From Phoronis australis (Eukaryota > Animalia > Phoronida), in contig NMRA01000138.1 in assembly GCA_002633005.1 (NCBI GenBank), positions 465,404-529,403 on the forward strand: a stretch of DNA of 64,000 nt, read 5' to 3'. A model generated the notes under the pieces. It was given only the letters and a program-made list of their open reading frames with translations, did not search any database and was not told where the DNA came from. This document shows, piece after piece, positions 39,101 through 51,900 of this stretch (positions are counted from its first letter, which is position 1; each line of letters opens with the position of its first letter). The position numbers and the translations under genes were made by a program.

Positions 39101-40001
39101 GGCGGTACTCTCTACTGATGACGCCATACTGACCGTTTCTTTAATTTAAAGCTGTATTTCATCCAGTCTAGCTGGTTAAAAACGAGAATCGAACCAGGCC
39201 TATTACTCTTATAGAATCGGTCTCATAACGGTAATTGGGATGGAATTCAAGTCTTAAAATAATGTGTAAATGGGCATTTTTGAATTCGCGATTCTAATGT
39301 TGGCCAACCCCAATAAACGCTTAAGAGTTCTCTTCAGTCATTTATGGTTCCATCTTCTTGTTCGTAATGGAAATACAATCCTATCAAGGTAAGGAAAATT
39401 ATGAAATTAATTCAATGAGAATGAAAGGCATAATTCGACTATCGTTTAGCCAGCAAAACAGGACAAAATGGCAGCCTTTAAACAGGTTTAGAATCATGTC
39501 TGTTTGAGTCATTCACAGTGCCACCACCAAACTCGTTAAAAACTCGGGGAAGAGCGGAGAGGTTTTTAAAAGGGCAAGTTAACATACCTTTGAGAATTGA
39601 AAAATAAAATCTTATACGGATACCATGATGGGTCGGGTTAAGTTCAATGGTTGTTTCCGCGACTGATTTCTCCGCCAGGCACGTGCTTTTAGCTATATTT
39701 TTGTTCATCATTCGGAAGATTCGATACTAAGTCCTTATGTCAAAAGATGATTGGCATATCTTTATTTTGCAGAGACCGAGAGTGCGAAGGATTTATGTAC
39801 TATAGTTATTACTGGAAGGCGAGATGCAAGCCGGTATATGTCTACCACACATTGTATGTGTGGGTGAAAGAACCACGGTACCGAAGTCTCACTTTGCAAC
39901 ACAGATGGTTCCGATTCCCCTCAGTGTGCTCCTGTGGCAACCCGTTCATGTTATTTCAAAAAACTAATGGTGCTGGAAGCCAAGTTTACTATCAGGGGTA
40001 A
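36181..40001 (+). CDS. Secreted Spaetzle/neurotrophin-like cystine-knot protein, 214 aa; exons 36181-36192, 36550-36695, 37089-37220, 38036-38161, 39773-40001
   Basis: Exons join in phases 0,2,2,2 with GT-AG sites. Signal peptide MKLLIGLTVCLVLSSHSTSA. Knot: CSQSCKWVKP..GWLKVLQ..EQWISVCKC..C..CKPVYVYHTL..WFRFPSVCSC, matching the Spaetzle C..P..W..Q....C / C...Y...L / FPSxCxC pattern. AATAAA at 40124. Confidence 0.8.
37759..37992 (+). repeat. ~38-bp minisatellite, ~6 copies
   Basis: Unit like GTTCATAGTTACAAATGTATGATCCACCTTTTTTGATG. Confidence 0.9.
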
Positions 40002-42911
40002 ATGGACGATTGAATTTCATGACATGCTGGTACGAGTGTTTAAACTTTGTAAATCATCCAAGTGAGGATTAGGCCTACAGTTCGAAGTGTGGATCTCCAT
40101 TTTGGCATTGTGTGGTGTTTTGGAATAAAGTCGTTTCAAATGAAGGCATGTAGTAGTACGTTTTAATTACGTGACTTGTTTTAAAGTAATCGTTCAACAG
40201 GTTTCAGAATCCTCATTGAGAAATGTCGAGTGATAGAGTCAGACTGTGTCGCTAGTGAAAATCATGGAAAGAAAAATCATAGTGGGAAAAAGGGTTCGTA
40301 TACAAATGAGAAAGTGAAAACAGGAATCACTTCCGGCATGGGTACTGGATAGATGATTGTAAAGTAGTTAAGTCCTATGCACTCTTTTGCGACGATAAAG
40401 ACCAAGACATGGGGCCTATTGTAACAAAAGAAGTAGGACTGGTCTTACCTGACAACAAAAACTTCGAGGTTTGGGGTCCCGGAAGGACAAATTCAGAAGT
40501 AGCAATTGTAGTTTATGAGTTAAATTTTAACTCCAGAAATCATAAAATGTTTGTTTACGGTTGCCAGTACATGTACAGTACTTTGAGTACCTTCATCCAA
40601 TAGACACCTTCTTCGAACAGGGTCATCTTAACCCCGACAGTCTGATCGTCATGGGCAAGTTTCTTAAAACAATTCCTTGGTAGTGATCTTCAAAAAGTAC
40701 TATTCGGAGGATACTATGGGGAAAAGTGTTGGTATTTTGTCGTTACAAAACCGTCGGAAATATTCCTTTTATTTGATTCACAAATGTTCATCTTCGAGTT
40801 TTTCAAATTTCAAATCTTTTCTATCGATGGTGATCTATCCTATTATTATTTTTTAGTACAACGATTTGCACGAGTTTGGAATCTTATTTTCTTTATCTTT
40901 CCCTTTTGAATATTTGACGATGCGGGGTTTATAGAAGGGTAAAGAAGCAATTGCCCCGGGCCGTACCTCCGAGAGAGGACCTCGTTTAAAAGGGACTCCT
41001 TAATATGAAAGGCTACCATTATAATTGGAAAAAGTGACAGTTGATTCCATCATCGTTCCACCTTTAACCTAAATGGTTGTATGATTTCACAAAACACAGA
41101 ACCGATTATTTATTTATTTATTTAAACTTCTTTGAAAACCTATGTGACCACTTTAGTGATATAATGATTTTCAAGTGGGCCCACTGAGTCGGAAATAACT
41201 ACATGACGCAGTTACTCCCGATCATCTGGCTCCACGAACGGCCCCTTAAAGATGTATTTGCATGCTCCTAACTATGCTAATGTATAGCATGTACTAAACG
41301 AAAATGGTATTTGAACATCTTCTTCACCAAACAATCTTCGGTTGTATTCATTGACAACTTGTAGATGTGAAAACAAAAAGCCCTAATGACGTACCTTGGG
41401 AGCTCACCGCAACCCGCATCATGCAGTGTAATCCCCAACACCACGTCAAGATATTTACTGGACACGGTTGAGTGATTTACGACAGATCGTCTTCGACACA
41501 AAACTCGGTCTTAAAAAATATCTGACAATTTTCAACGACGGTACTTCATATTCGCATCGTCGCTATATTTTTTGTTTCTAACTAATTTGACTGAGCGATC
41601 ACAGAAATTAGCGTGCAAGTTCCGCCACTTTAAGAAGTTATCACTTAAAATACGGAAAATCATGGATATGTCATGGATATGCCGACTCTTGAATTTAAAA
41701 TTTCAGTAAATTAATATGTTCTTCAAAAGCTGTGCTTCAAGTTATGTAACTCGAATTTTTAGAAATAAGTGTATGCAAGTCTCGCACGCTTTCAAGTGCC
41801 TTTACTGCGACGACCTATGTTGCAACAAATGGCACCCCTAACAACAATGACCTGTCCTGGGTCAATAGTGTTTTGTTCTAAATTTCTCTCTTCAGTGTCC
41901 CACCGGCACGGCACGGTTTAACCCCCCCCCCCCTTCAGTCCTGCCCCCAGTCCCGTTTCCGAGTACTGACGGCCTGGGGTGAAGAACTCGACGACTGAAA
42001 TAAAAACTCATTGCTCATGGTCTGAAGCATGATTGCCATGTTGCCTTAGTCATAGACTCATAAATATCATGTACACGTGTACCGCCGCGTTCACGCGATC
42101 GTGACGCCACCTGAGAGTTTGATTTCTCGGCGGTCTCCCGCGTTCATGCCCGGCGCCCCGTGCCGCCAATCTTGAATGACATAATTGTTAAGGAACGAAA
42201 ATCTTGTGTCATGAAGGGCATACCAAATAACATAGGCATTTTGTTTCGTAGACTGGGACGGCGGACGTGCAGTTGGCACGGACGGCGATTAATTAATGAG
42301 TCAGGTTTCGCAGCGGTAGCCCTAACCCATATGCCATGCACCGCACCGTTTTGATCTTCAGTGTCATACCCCACCGTCAAACAAGGACTTGCAACCATTT
42401 ACAAACTGATCCAGAAGCACAGATGTAACTCCACGCCCAACTAAACATTTGTTTCTAAACAGCTGGCGCCGGCTACTCGCTCAATCAGCTCATGACCGGG
42501 CCGGGGTGCCACTTGAAGTGCCGCACTGAGGCCGGGTCGGCGGCGGCCGCCTACTTCTTGGACGGACGCGGGGATTTCATCGATGATGAATGTCTCACAC
42601 AGTGAAATTTTCATATTATTGTCTCATTGATAAGCACACGATCCCGAAGTAGGTGACTCGTTTCTAGGATGAATGCAACACAAGTACAGCCGAGGGGGCC
42701 CACTGAGGATTCCGATAGTCTTCTGTCAACCTTGAGTGCCATCTTTTGGCAGACGCTTCTGTACAGTCACGTGATCATGGTTTATGCATTGAAAATCGCT
42801 AAGATGGCGGAGGAAGTTGAGGAGTACTAGAAAGTTTCATTAAAAATACTTCATTTCGTTGCCATCTATCTCACGTTTAACAACCTAGTGAGCTTCCAGA
42901 GACATTCAAGA

Positions 42912-45900
42912 ATGGTCAAGCACACCTGTTCTTACTGCCAGAACAATATATTGGACGTGCGAGTGAAATGCGTGGAGTGTTCAGAGTTCGACCTTTGTTT
43001 GCAGGCGGGTTTTTGTTATTCAATACTTGTGACGTCACATTGCCGGCATTCCGGCGTTATGTTGTGTTTTACCATCATTTCTCATTTCATAGTTAAAGTT
43101 CCTTAACCGTTATTTATTTTTACGGCTACATAACAAGCTCGGTTGCGTTAGTGCTTCTACAACCCCTAACTTATAAAGCAATCCTTGCAAAGCACCATGC
43201 CATTCGTTTGACCTAATTTGGACTGGTCCATTTCCAGGGGTGTGCTTTGCATCTTTTTTGGCCGGTATTTCTGCAGTCAAACTCAGATACTGAGTGAAAA
43301 GTCATTATTAATCCGAAAATCTGACATTGTGGTAAATTTATAATTGTTCACTTTCATCAATTATTAATGAGACTGTCTTTTCGTCGTTTTGTTTTAACCA
43401 TTGTCTTGATAGATGTTTGCAATTTGTTCTTTGTGTTGTTCACCTGCACACTGTTGACTGACAGGTAAGTATTTCCATCAGACTGGTGACAGTAATGTAG
43501 TTTTTTACCATTAGCAGGGTCTTCCTGATCATAGCATTTGTCTGATATTAATATAAATGACAGACCTATGCTACTATTGAGACTGATAGGATATGTTAGA
43601 AATCAATACTTATCTGTCTGTCTGCATGGCTGTAGAGGCAGCCTATGGCAGGATATATGTAGTATGATACACAGCTAACTGCAAATTGTTGTAACATAAC
43701 AGCTGTATGGAAGCTGTGCATTGCGTTTTAATGGTGTAGCTCAACAAGCACATTGTTGTCTATGCCATAATTTTTCTTCACATGATAAGGTTTACTGTAA
43801 ATCTTCAAAATGTTTCTGTTAGGTTGTTTCTTGGTTTTACTTAACAAGTCATGTTGTCATCAATTAGTAGAAACCAAAGCCTTAACTGACTGAAGACACA
43901 AGCTGTTGTGATACATGGATGGGCACAAGATCTGGTCTAGGTGCTCAGCTGTTGATTGTTATAAGTGAAATAGCAGAAAAATATGTAAAAATAAATCAAT
44001 GCAAGATATAATGAATACCAATAGTACAATTACGCAACATTCAACAGATAACAAGGGGAATATTTAGGGAGGATTTTCTTGTTGGATATTTGAATTAATG
44101 TTGAAATATGGTCTTACAGTGTTTTGCTTGTGGTGCCGAAGCTGGACCTCATAAAAAGGACCATGATTATCAAATGCTAGTAAGTATGCGAACGTCCATC
44201 TAGCACCATGTGAACAGGTTGTCCATATCATTCACACGTCCCCTCAAGAGTACGTTGGCACTCTTGCTCACTTATGTTAAATCACTGCTCCATTTTAAGC
44301 ATATTTTCAATGCTTGTACAGTAATTCTCCAACTATTTACCCCTGCACAATGTGGTGGATGATGAGTGGCAGTTTAATCTTTCACATTTCTTAACAACAA
44401 CAACTATTAAAACTAAGAATTTTACTGTTGTTAGTGTCTACATTGACGATCAGTCGTGAATGACATGGGGTGAAATTTTGACCAATTGTAGTAGCAAAGT
44501 AGTCAGTATTTGAAGAATAGAACATGACGGTTTTGGCAATTATTTTTGTGTGAACTATGTGAAGATTTACAGTACATGTTTATTGACATTAAAACACATG
44601 TTTGACCTATAACTCATAAATGTCACTTCTTAACTTGCAAACATTTTGTCTTTCTCATAAATGCATATATGTTTATTTGAAATTAACATATGTGACCCTT
44701 CATCTTTGATATTCCCTTGAGTGTTTCTTTATGTGTGAGTGCGTTATTTATTTTGCAGGACTGTGATACATTTCCTGTGTTTGACAGTGGCGACACCTCG
44801 TGGACATGCACAGAGGAGATGTTGCTGCTAGAAGGTGTAGAACAGTATGGATTTGGTAACTGGTAAGTGGTTGTATCTGGTCCGGAATTTGAGTAATGTG
44901 GAGAAGCGTGTATTTTGTATGAGAGGTTATGATTTCGCATAAAATGAATGAGCATTTTATTATTTGCTTTATATTTTGTCTTCTTTATGGCTGTAACACT
45001 GACTTTTTGGCATTCAAACTGGTGATTGAAAAAGATTGACATTTACTCACCATATAAATTTTAGTTTGGAATAGAAGGCTTTGAAAACTCATTTTTTTTT
45101 TCTTGATCTATGTCAGAAAGGTCGCAATGAGGTTTGTTTTGCAGTTGGTCTATTTGGTAATTTATACTGACAACTGTTGTCACACATGTAATCAAAGGCT
45201 GATGTTTGTTTTTTCTGGACACTGTACAAATTCTGGGTCATTGCTAATAAAATGAGCATTTCATTACCTGGCTTGCTAATTCTTGTGATTCAAATTAGAT
45301 GCTTTGGGCAAGCTGGAAAGGTAACTCTGCTTCATTTAACTTCATAAGTAGTGCATCCAATGAGTGATCGGGTGAATCCACTGCTGTTAATGTCGATGTG
45401 GCGTCAGTATTGTGATTGGTAATGATAACCAAGTCTTTAAGCATTTTTCCAGTTCATTGCATTTATTTTCGATGTCATCCCTTTTGTCTCCCAAATCACA
45501 CTGTTCAGATTGAAAGCATTCCTCTTAAAAATCGAGTGTATCGTCTATTTGTTGTCTAATGTAAACTCTGCTTACACCGTCACGTGCGCAATTCTGAGAA
45601 TAGAGACTGTCTTGGTGAGACATGTGATTCAGGTGTACATGTGATTCAGGTGTACATGTGATTCAGGTGTTCATGTGATTCAGGTGTACATGTGATTCAG
45701 GTGTACATGTGGTTCAGGTGTACATGTGATTCAGGTGTTCATGTGATTCAGGTGTACATGTGATTCAGGTGTACATGTGATTCAGGTGTACATGCATGTT
45801 GGGCAACTGCGGAAGTATAAGTAAGTAAATAACTGAAGTATTTGACAATTCAGACAAAGTAAATCCTTTGATTTATACTTCAACCCAAGGTTGCTTTGAG

Positions 45901-48900
45901 GTCAGGTTTTTGGTGAACCCATTTTATTTTTATGTGACCTTTAGGAGTGTAATGTATGACTGCTGCTGCCATTGCTACCAGTGCTGCTGCTCACCTTGTC
46001 TCTTCAAATGTGTGCTTCCTCTTTTTAGGGACGATATTTCAGCACACGTTGGAACAAAAGATGCCCAAGGTAATGCCAATGTTTTATGGCTTCAGTTTCA
46101 TCCGCAGTCGTCACAAACCACTATTTTCTCACTTTATTGACATGAATGTCTACTCACAGTAACATTGACAAAATGACATCTCAAATTTAGATCTGTTCGA
46201 TACCCATGAAAGCATTACCCATTCATGAATGAGGTGGATTGAAATTTGGAAACAAATCTGAATATTAGTACATGTCTTTTCATTTTGGAGTAAAAATAAT
46301 CACAATTATCTTAAGTTTTGTATGACTTCTCTAATATGTACTTTAATATCTGAAATGTGAAACAATGTATTACTTCAGGAAAAAGAACTTCATTTTGAAC
46401 ATGAGGCCAGGTTTCACTTTTCTTGTTTTTCTTGCTGGCGGGCCATGACCACATGTATAAGCAAAAGGCTGAATAAGTAGATAACAGAATAAGGAATAAG
46501 ACAAAACAGCACAAATTGTGAAATATTGGTGAAAGGCCATGCTCAAATATAAACCCATGTGTGTACATTTGGGATTCATAGAATGTGGAAATGTAGCTTT
46601 GTTTACAAGTATATATGGGTTATTGTCGCAAAATACTGGCTGTGCTGTTTCCAGCTTGTCTACCATGCTTGATGACAAGCTATTTGTAAGTATAGACGGA
46701 TTCATTAATACTCAGGTGCCTGTCCAACAGTGGAATCTTTGCCCACAAAACTGTGACCTCAATTCTCGTTAACCTTGATACCAAAAGCACAGACGTTTAA
46801 CTTCAGTTTTTTATTTCAGAAACAAAAGACCATTATTTCATGTACTTCATTAATGGCAGTGTCGGTAAAGGTAAGTTTGTGCCTTAGACTTCCCCACAAC
46901 ATAGGATCTTAGCGAGTGTGATACTATTTGTTAACGATCATGGTCACTGCAAGTTATGTGACTAAATTACGAGCTTTGTTTTCTGCTTAAAGCTGATCGA
47001 TAATGCAGTGTTGCTAACCAAGATGTAGTAAGATACCAAGCTCACTAAATGTAACGTGGCCATTGTTTTTCTAAAGTCAGTCACGTAACATAAATTATAC
47101 ACCAGCTGTTATTAAATAGCCTCATGGAAAAAGTCATATTTTGGCTACTTTCTGTGATGGTGAGGCTTTGTATTTGACTTAGTGAATGGGAAAATTTGCT
47201 TGAAGTGAAAGAAGACGTCTTGCAAAAGGTGAACTGTCACCGCATCAGATAGGGAGCACTACTTGCTGGTTGTGTGTTGCACCTCTTTGAGAATGTCTCC
47301 TTATTGCAGCCACATTTCCACTTGACCGACCCAACAAGGTGATAGATCATACAGGACCTCCAGAAGGTAAGTAAAGTAAATCATGCTTGTTATGTCACAA
47401 GACGAGTGCTACAACTTAGGAGTTATGTATTAATTGCATTACATCATTGTTGATTTCATGAGAATTACACCAGTCTCTGTTAGTATGCATATTTGAACTT
47501 CACAAAATTGTTGAATCGTCCTGGTTAAAAGCACTGTGTTTATCAGTTTGAAATTGAAGTTGCCTCCACAATGTTGTTTGGTCTGGATAGATAGGAAAAA
47601 ACACATTTAAAAATTGCTTTTCCATTTAAACACTATAACTGCCTAAAAAGGTTGTGACAGTGTTTAAATGCAAAAGCAGTTCCGTGGCTGGACACATAGA
47701 AGCATGGGCTTAACCATAAAATCCTGTACTGGGATTTTATATCTTGTCACAGGACCAAATGTACAAAGATAATTACCAAGTGCCAATTGGTAGCACCCAC
47801 TCAACACCATTGCCAGGTCCACATTACCATGCCCTGCTCAACAACATTGGTGATCCAATGGCTTAAACTATGATTACATAGAACCATCACCTGTGAACTC
47901 GTTAGATCTGTGTACCGTTGCTTATCTTGTGTTAAGTGTCCAGCCTTTGGATTACAAGATGTCACCACCATATTTATGAGTCTATACACTGTGTAAGTGT
48001 ATTGTTGAAATGGCTGGCTTTCAACCAAATAACGATGCAACTGTTGTACCCATAATTCTGATCATTGGTTGTGATTGTGTCATGTGATCGTATTACAGGT
48101 CCATTATCTCCAAGTATAACCACTCCACTATCTTCGTTAGACATGACTCCACAAGAACAGAAGGACCTGGCCTATATGCCACTGAGGGACGACTTTGAAC
48201 GGGTAGGTGTAAATTGTGCACTCTGTCATTGTGTGAATCAGTCACTCAGTGCCATTTTTGAAAACCGTGTTTCATGTTTTGAGGTGGAACCTTTTGTTAC
48301 ATAAGATTACACCACCACGGGAAGAGTTATCACTGACTTGGCTTACTTTGGTTTGAAGTTTGTGTTTTCTGCTTCATCTAAATAGTGCTGAGTGCAACTG
48401 TAAAATAAACCGCTTGAGAATTTCCCAACTGAGCAGGGAGAGTGGGATAAAATCACCATCTCGTTGCATTAGGCACATGGAAAACCATCACAAAGTCTTA
48501 CAAACTCCAGGCAGATTGCCGCTGTGCAATAACAGGTTAGCATCATGACGCCAAAAGAAGTGGGACAAAAACCTTGTTTCTAATCTCACAAAAGGTCTGT
48601 TCGTTGCACATAGAACCTTGTTGAAATTGATTGTTGCTTGCAGGAGTTTGACAATGATGCTGAACAGTGTGTCAGTAGTCTAGCCATAATGTATGATGAC
48701 GAAGATGTTGATATAGGTAAGTTGGCTCATCATTGCCTGTAAGCTACTTCAGTCCTGAAAATACTGCTTTGGTTTATTAACGTCTTGTGACGAAATTGTA
48801 TTCTGGAGAATGTAGGTAGCCAAATGAAGTACCTCACAGTGTACTTTTCATTTTTAAATTTTAATACATCTGTAATAGGTACCTACCTGATCAGTAGTGT

Positions 48901-51900
48901 TCTTAATTAGCAAGTTGAACTAAAAAATGTACTGAGAGTTTGTCAGACTTCAGACTGGTAGAGTCGTGCTGAGTGTTACGTGAACAGAATTAAAAGACCT
49001 TTCAAGCTTGATCAATGCTAGTTGTTGCTTTGCGACAGAGGTGCAAACATTTTTATATCTTGGTTGATGCAACTGAAATGCTGTTGTACACTCAATCATG
49101 AGTTAGAATGTCCAAAATGCTTAGGGACTAAATGCAAGCTTTTTGTGGGGTAGATCGCATGTCGAATGTTTGTACACACATCTGTGATATGAGAGTAAAG
49201 ACCCTCTAGAGTGTTAACAGAACATATCGTGAATAACTAGTTTATTTTCACCCGGACATTTTGACTTATTGAGTTTTTAACTGTCCTGCTAACAGTCTGG
49301 ATTTCTTTGTCTTTGTGTATATCATCTGTTCATCACTATGACCAGAAGCACTAACCGTTGAGCACCATTTTGTCTTTTCACCAGCGTACAAACTGGCTCA
49401 GGTGGGCATGTACAGGGAGCGGTTAAAAGAACGAAATCGACGGAAACAGATCGCCCGGGAGTACAATCTCATCACCGCCTTCATGTCGTCCCTGTCCAAG
49501 CAGAAGACACCAGTGAAGCGCAAGGGCTCTAAGGAGGAGCGTGAGTTCCTGGAACGCACCCGGCTCTTCGCTCAGTTCCACTCAGCAATTGAACATAAAC
49601 AGTATTATCAAAATTTACAAAGTGAGTAACCATGACGACCTGTGGCTCAGTGTGTGTGGCTGTGTAAGTGCATCTGTTCATTTATAATTAAATGGTTGTG
49701 CCATATGTTTTGTTGATAAAATGTTACGCAGTGTCTGCCCCCAGATACCTTTCACACTTCCTCTTCAGTATGCTCAGGAAATGGAATTGTGGGAAATCAC
49801 CCTCGTAAACCCAGGAAAGGTTGACGGTGATTTCCTATAATTCGTAGTTCTAGGCATAAGTAAGAGCAGAAATAAAGTGCCCATTGAAAGGTCAAGCCAA
49901 ATTTTTTGTCCATATATGATATGTTCTTTTGAAAAATAGTGATTTCATTGGACATCTTTTCTTCATGATTTTGTAGAGGGCATTTGTACACTCAAGCCAT
50001 TCATTTCATTAAAGAGATTATGTAATTCACTCATGAATGCCTCATTACAAAAACAATCATATAACAATTAACACTGTGATTTTCATGAAATCCTGCTCAT
50101 GTGACTTTCTTTCATTTTTAGGAATTCTATTAAAAAATAAAATTCTCCGAAATTGAAGCGTAAATTTGCCGTTTCTTTACTGGTTTATTGTTTCACTTGA
50201 GACAATACAATCTCCTATGTAATATTTATGTCTGCTGAAGAGCACTGTCCAAATGATGTGTTGGGAATTCATTTATTTTTGTTACTTTCACAGGGGAAAA
50301 ATATTTGAAATCCAGAATTAAAGAACTGATGCGTTACAGGAAACATGGTATAGTTAAGCTAGATGGTAAGTGTACACAGAGTTTGCTGTTAAGCCTTCAG
50401 CAGAAAGTGGCAAAATATCCAAAAATGTGTGAAATTTTTAATTGAAAGTTTTTGGTAGATTCATTACAGACTTTTCAGTTGGTCATTAATCCGCTCTTAG
50501 GTTTTCATGAATTTAGACAAGATTTTGTGTCTTGTGAAATTTATGCTAAATCAACTTTTTTTTGTCAAATGCGTCTGCTTGTGTTTGAGTGGCATCAAAT
50601 TTACATCTGAACATCTTGTCTGTTAACTATTGTTATTGATACAGATTTTATATAACAGTATTGTTACTATTGACGGTGTAGTATTGTTACTATTGACGGT
50701 GTAGCAGTAGTGGCATGATGTAATAGTAGTAGCAGTAAATTGTTATAGAAACACCACAGTAAGTAAACATGATCTGAAGTCACTCAATGAAGAAATAGTC
50801 CATCCTTTACATCACAACCCCTTCTTCCCCATTTATCATGTTCCACTTTGGGCGCATCCTTCCCATCAGCAGTCCACGCTTTATATTGGATGATAAAATC
50901 TGCATTATACTTGTGTTCAAATTGGTCAGGTTCAATATGTTTTCACACATGCTGTAAAGCTTTTCAATCAACAGTGGATGCAGCCCTGCATTTGTTGGAT
51001 TGTTTTTGATTTTTGTGTTATTTGTATCTGTATGATTATAGTAGGGTCTAAATTTAATGTACTTTACTTTACAGAGTGTGAATGTTTTGAAGATGAACGG
51101 CAGCGACGTGATAAGATCAAAGAAAATAATAAAAAGAAAATGGTAATATTCAAGTTACATCCTCATATTTCACTTCCACATTTGCAGTAAATATTCAGAA
51201 GACTACCATAAGTCTGGTTTTCCATGTTTTCAACTTGCGTCTTTGGTAGACCTGCAACTGGCATGCATTTGTTTGTCTGCATATTCACTTCCAGCACATA
51301 TACTAATTTCTCTTTCATCTTGAGTGAATTTATTTAATATGACAGAAATTGTTTTTCAAGTATTCTGACAGTTTTTCTCAAGATTGTGTTTTTGTATCAT
51401 GATTCATGTAATGTCTTTGTGTGGTGCTGTGGTCATATAAATCATTGCTTCATTTCAGATTGCCTCGGCAGCTTTGAAAAGGCAGTCAATGGTCTCAAAG
51501 AAAGCAGAGTAAGTTGACTACATATCTTCCATCGCTTTACCCCTGTCTGTCTTGAAACAGTTTTTGCTACGTATTGGAGTTGTCATAATGTAAAGTTTTT
51601 GCTAATTGGTTCTGCTTTTTTGGACTCGAAAAATTTTTGCACCAACAATGATACATGTGATGGACATTTGATACATGGAATACCACAGTTTTTCAGCTTA
51701 GATTGGAATTTTATGATTGGTTAAAGCCTCTGAAAATTTTCATCGTCAAAAATACTAACTTTTGAATTAAACCACATGCTGCTGTAAAATTGATCTCAAT
51801 GTGTACCTTTCTCAGATTAAGATCGAGCTCTGGCCTTTTATTTTAATATGTCTTTCTCATTTGAAATTTGATTTCTGGACTTGTTAAGACAGCTATTGTC

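Noticed and set aside
41890-42600. GC-rich block upstream of TADA2B as a gene or intact transposon
   Set aside because: The short ORFs have no motifs and I could not pair convincing TIRs. It is probably a repeat remnant or promoter-proximal CpG-rich DNA.
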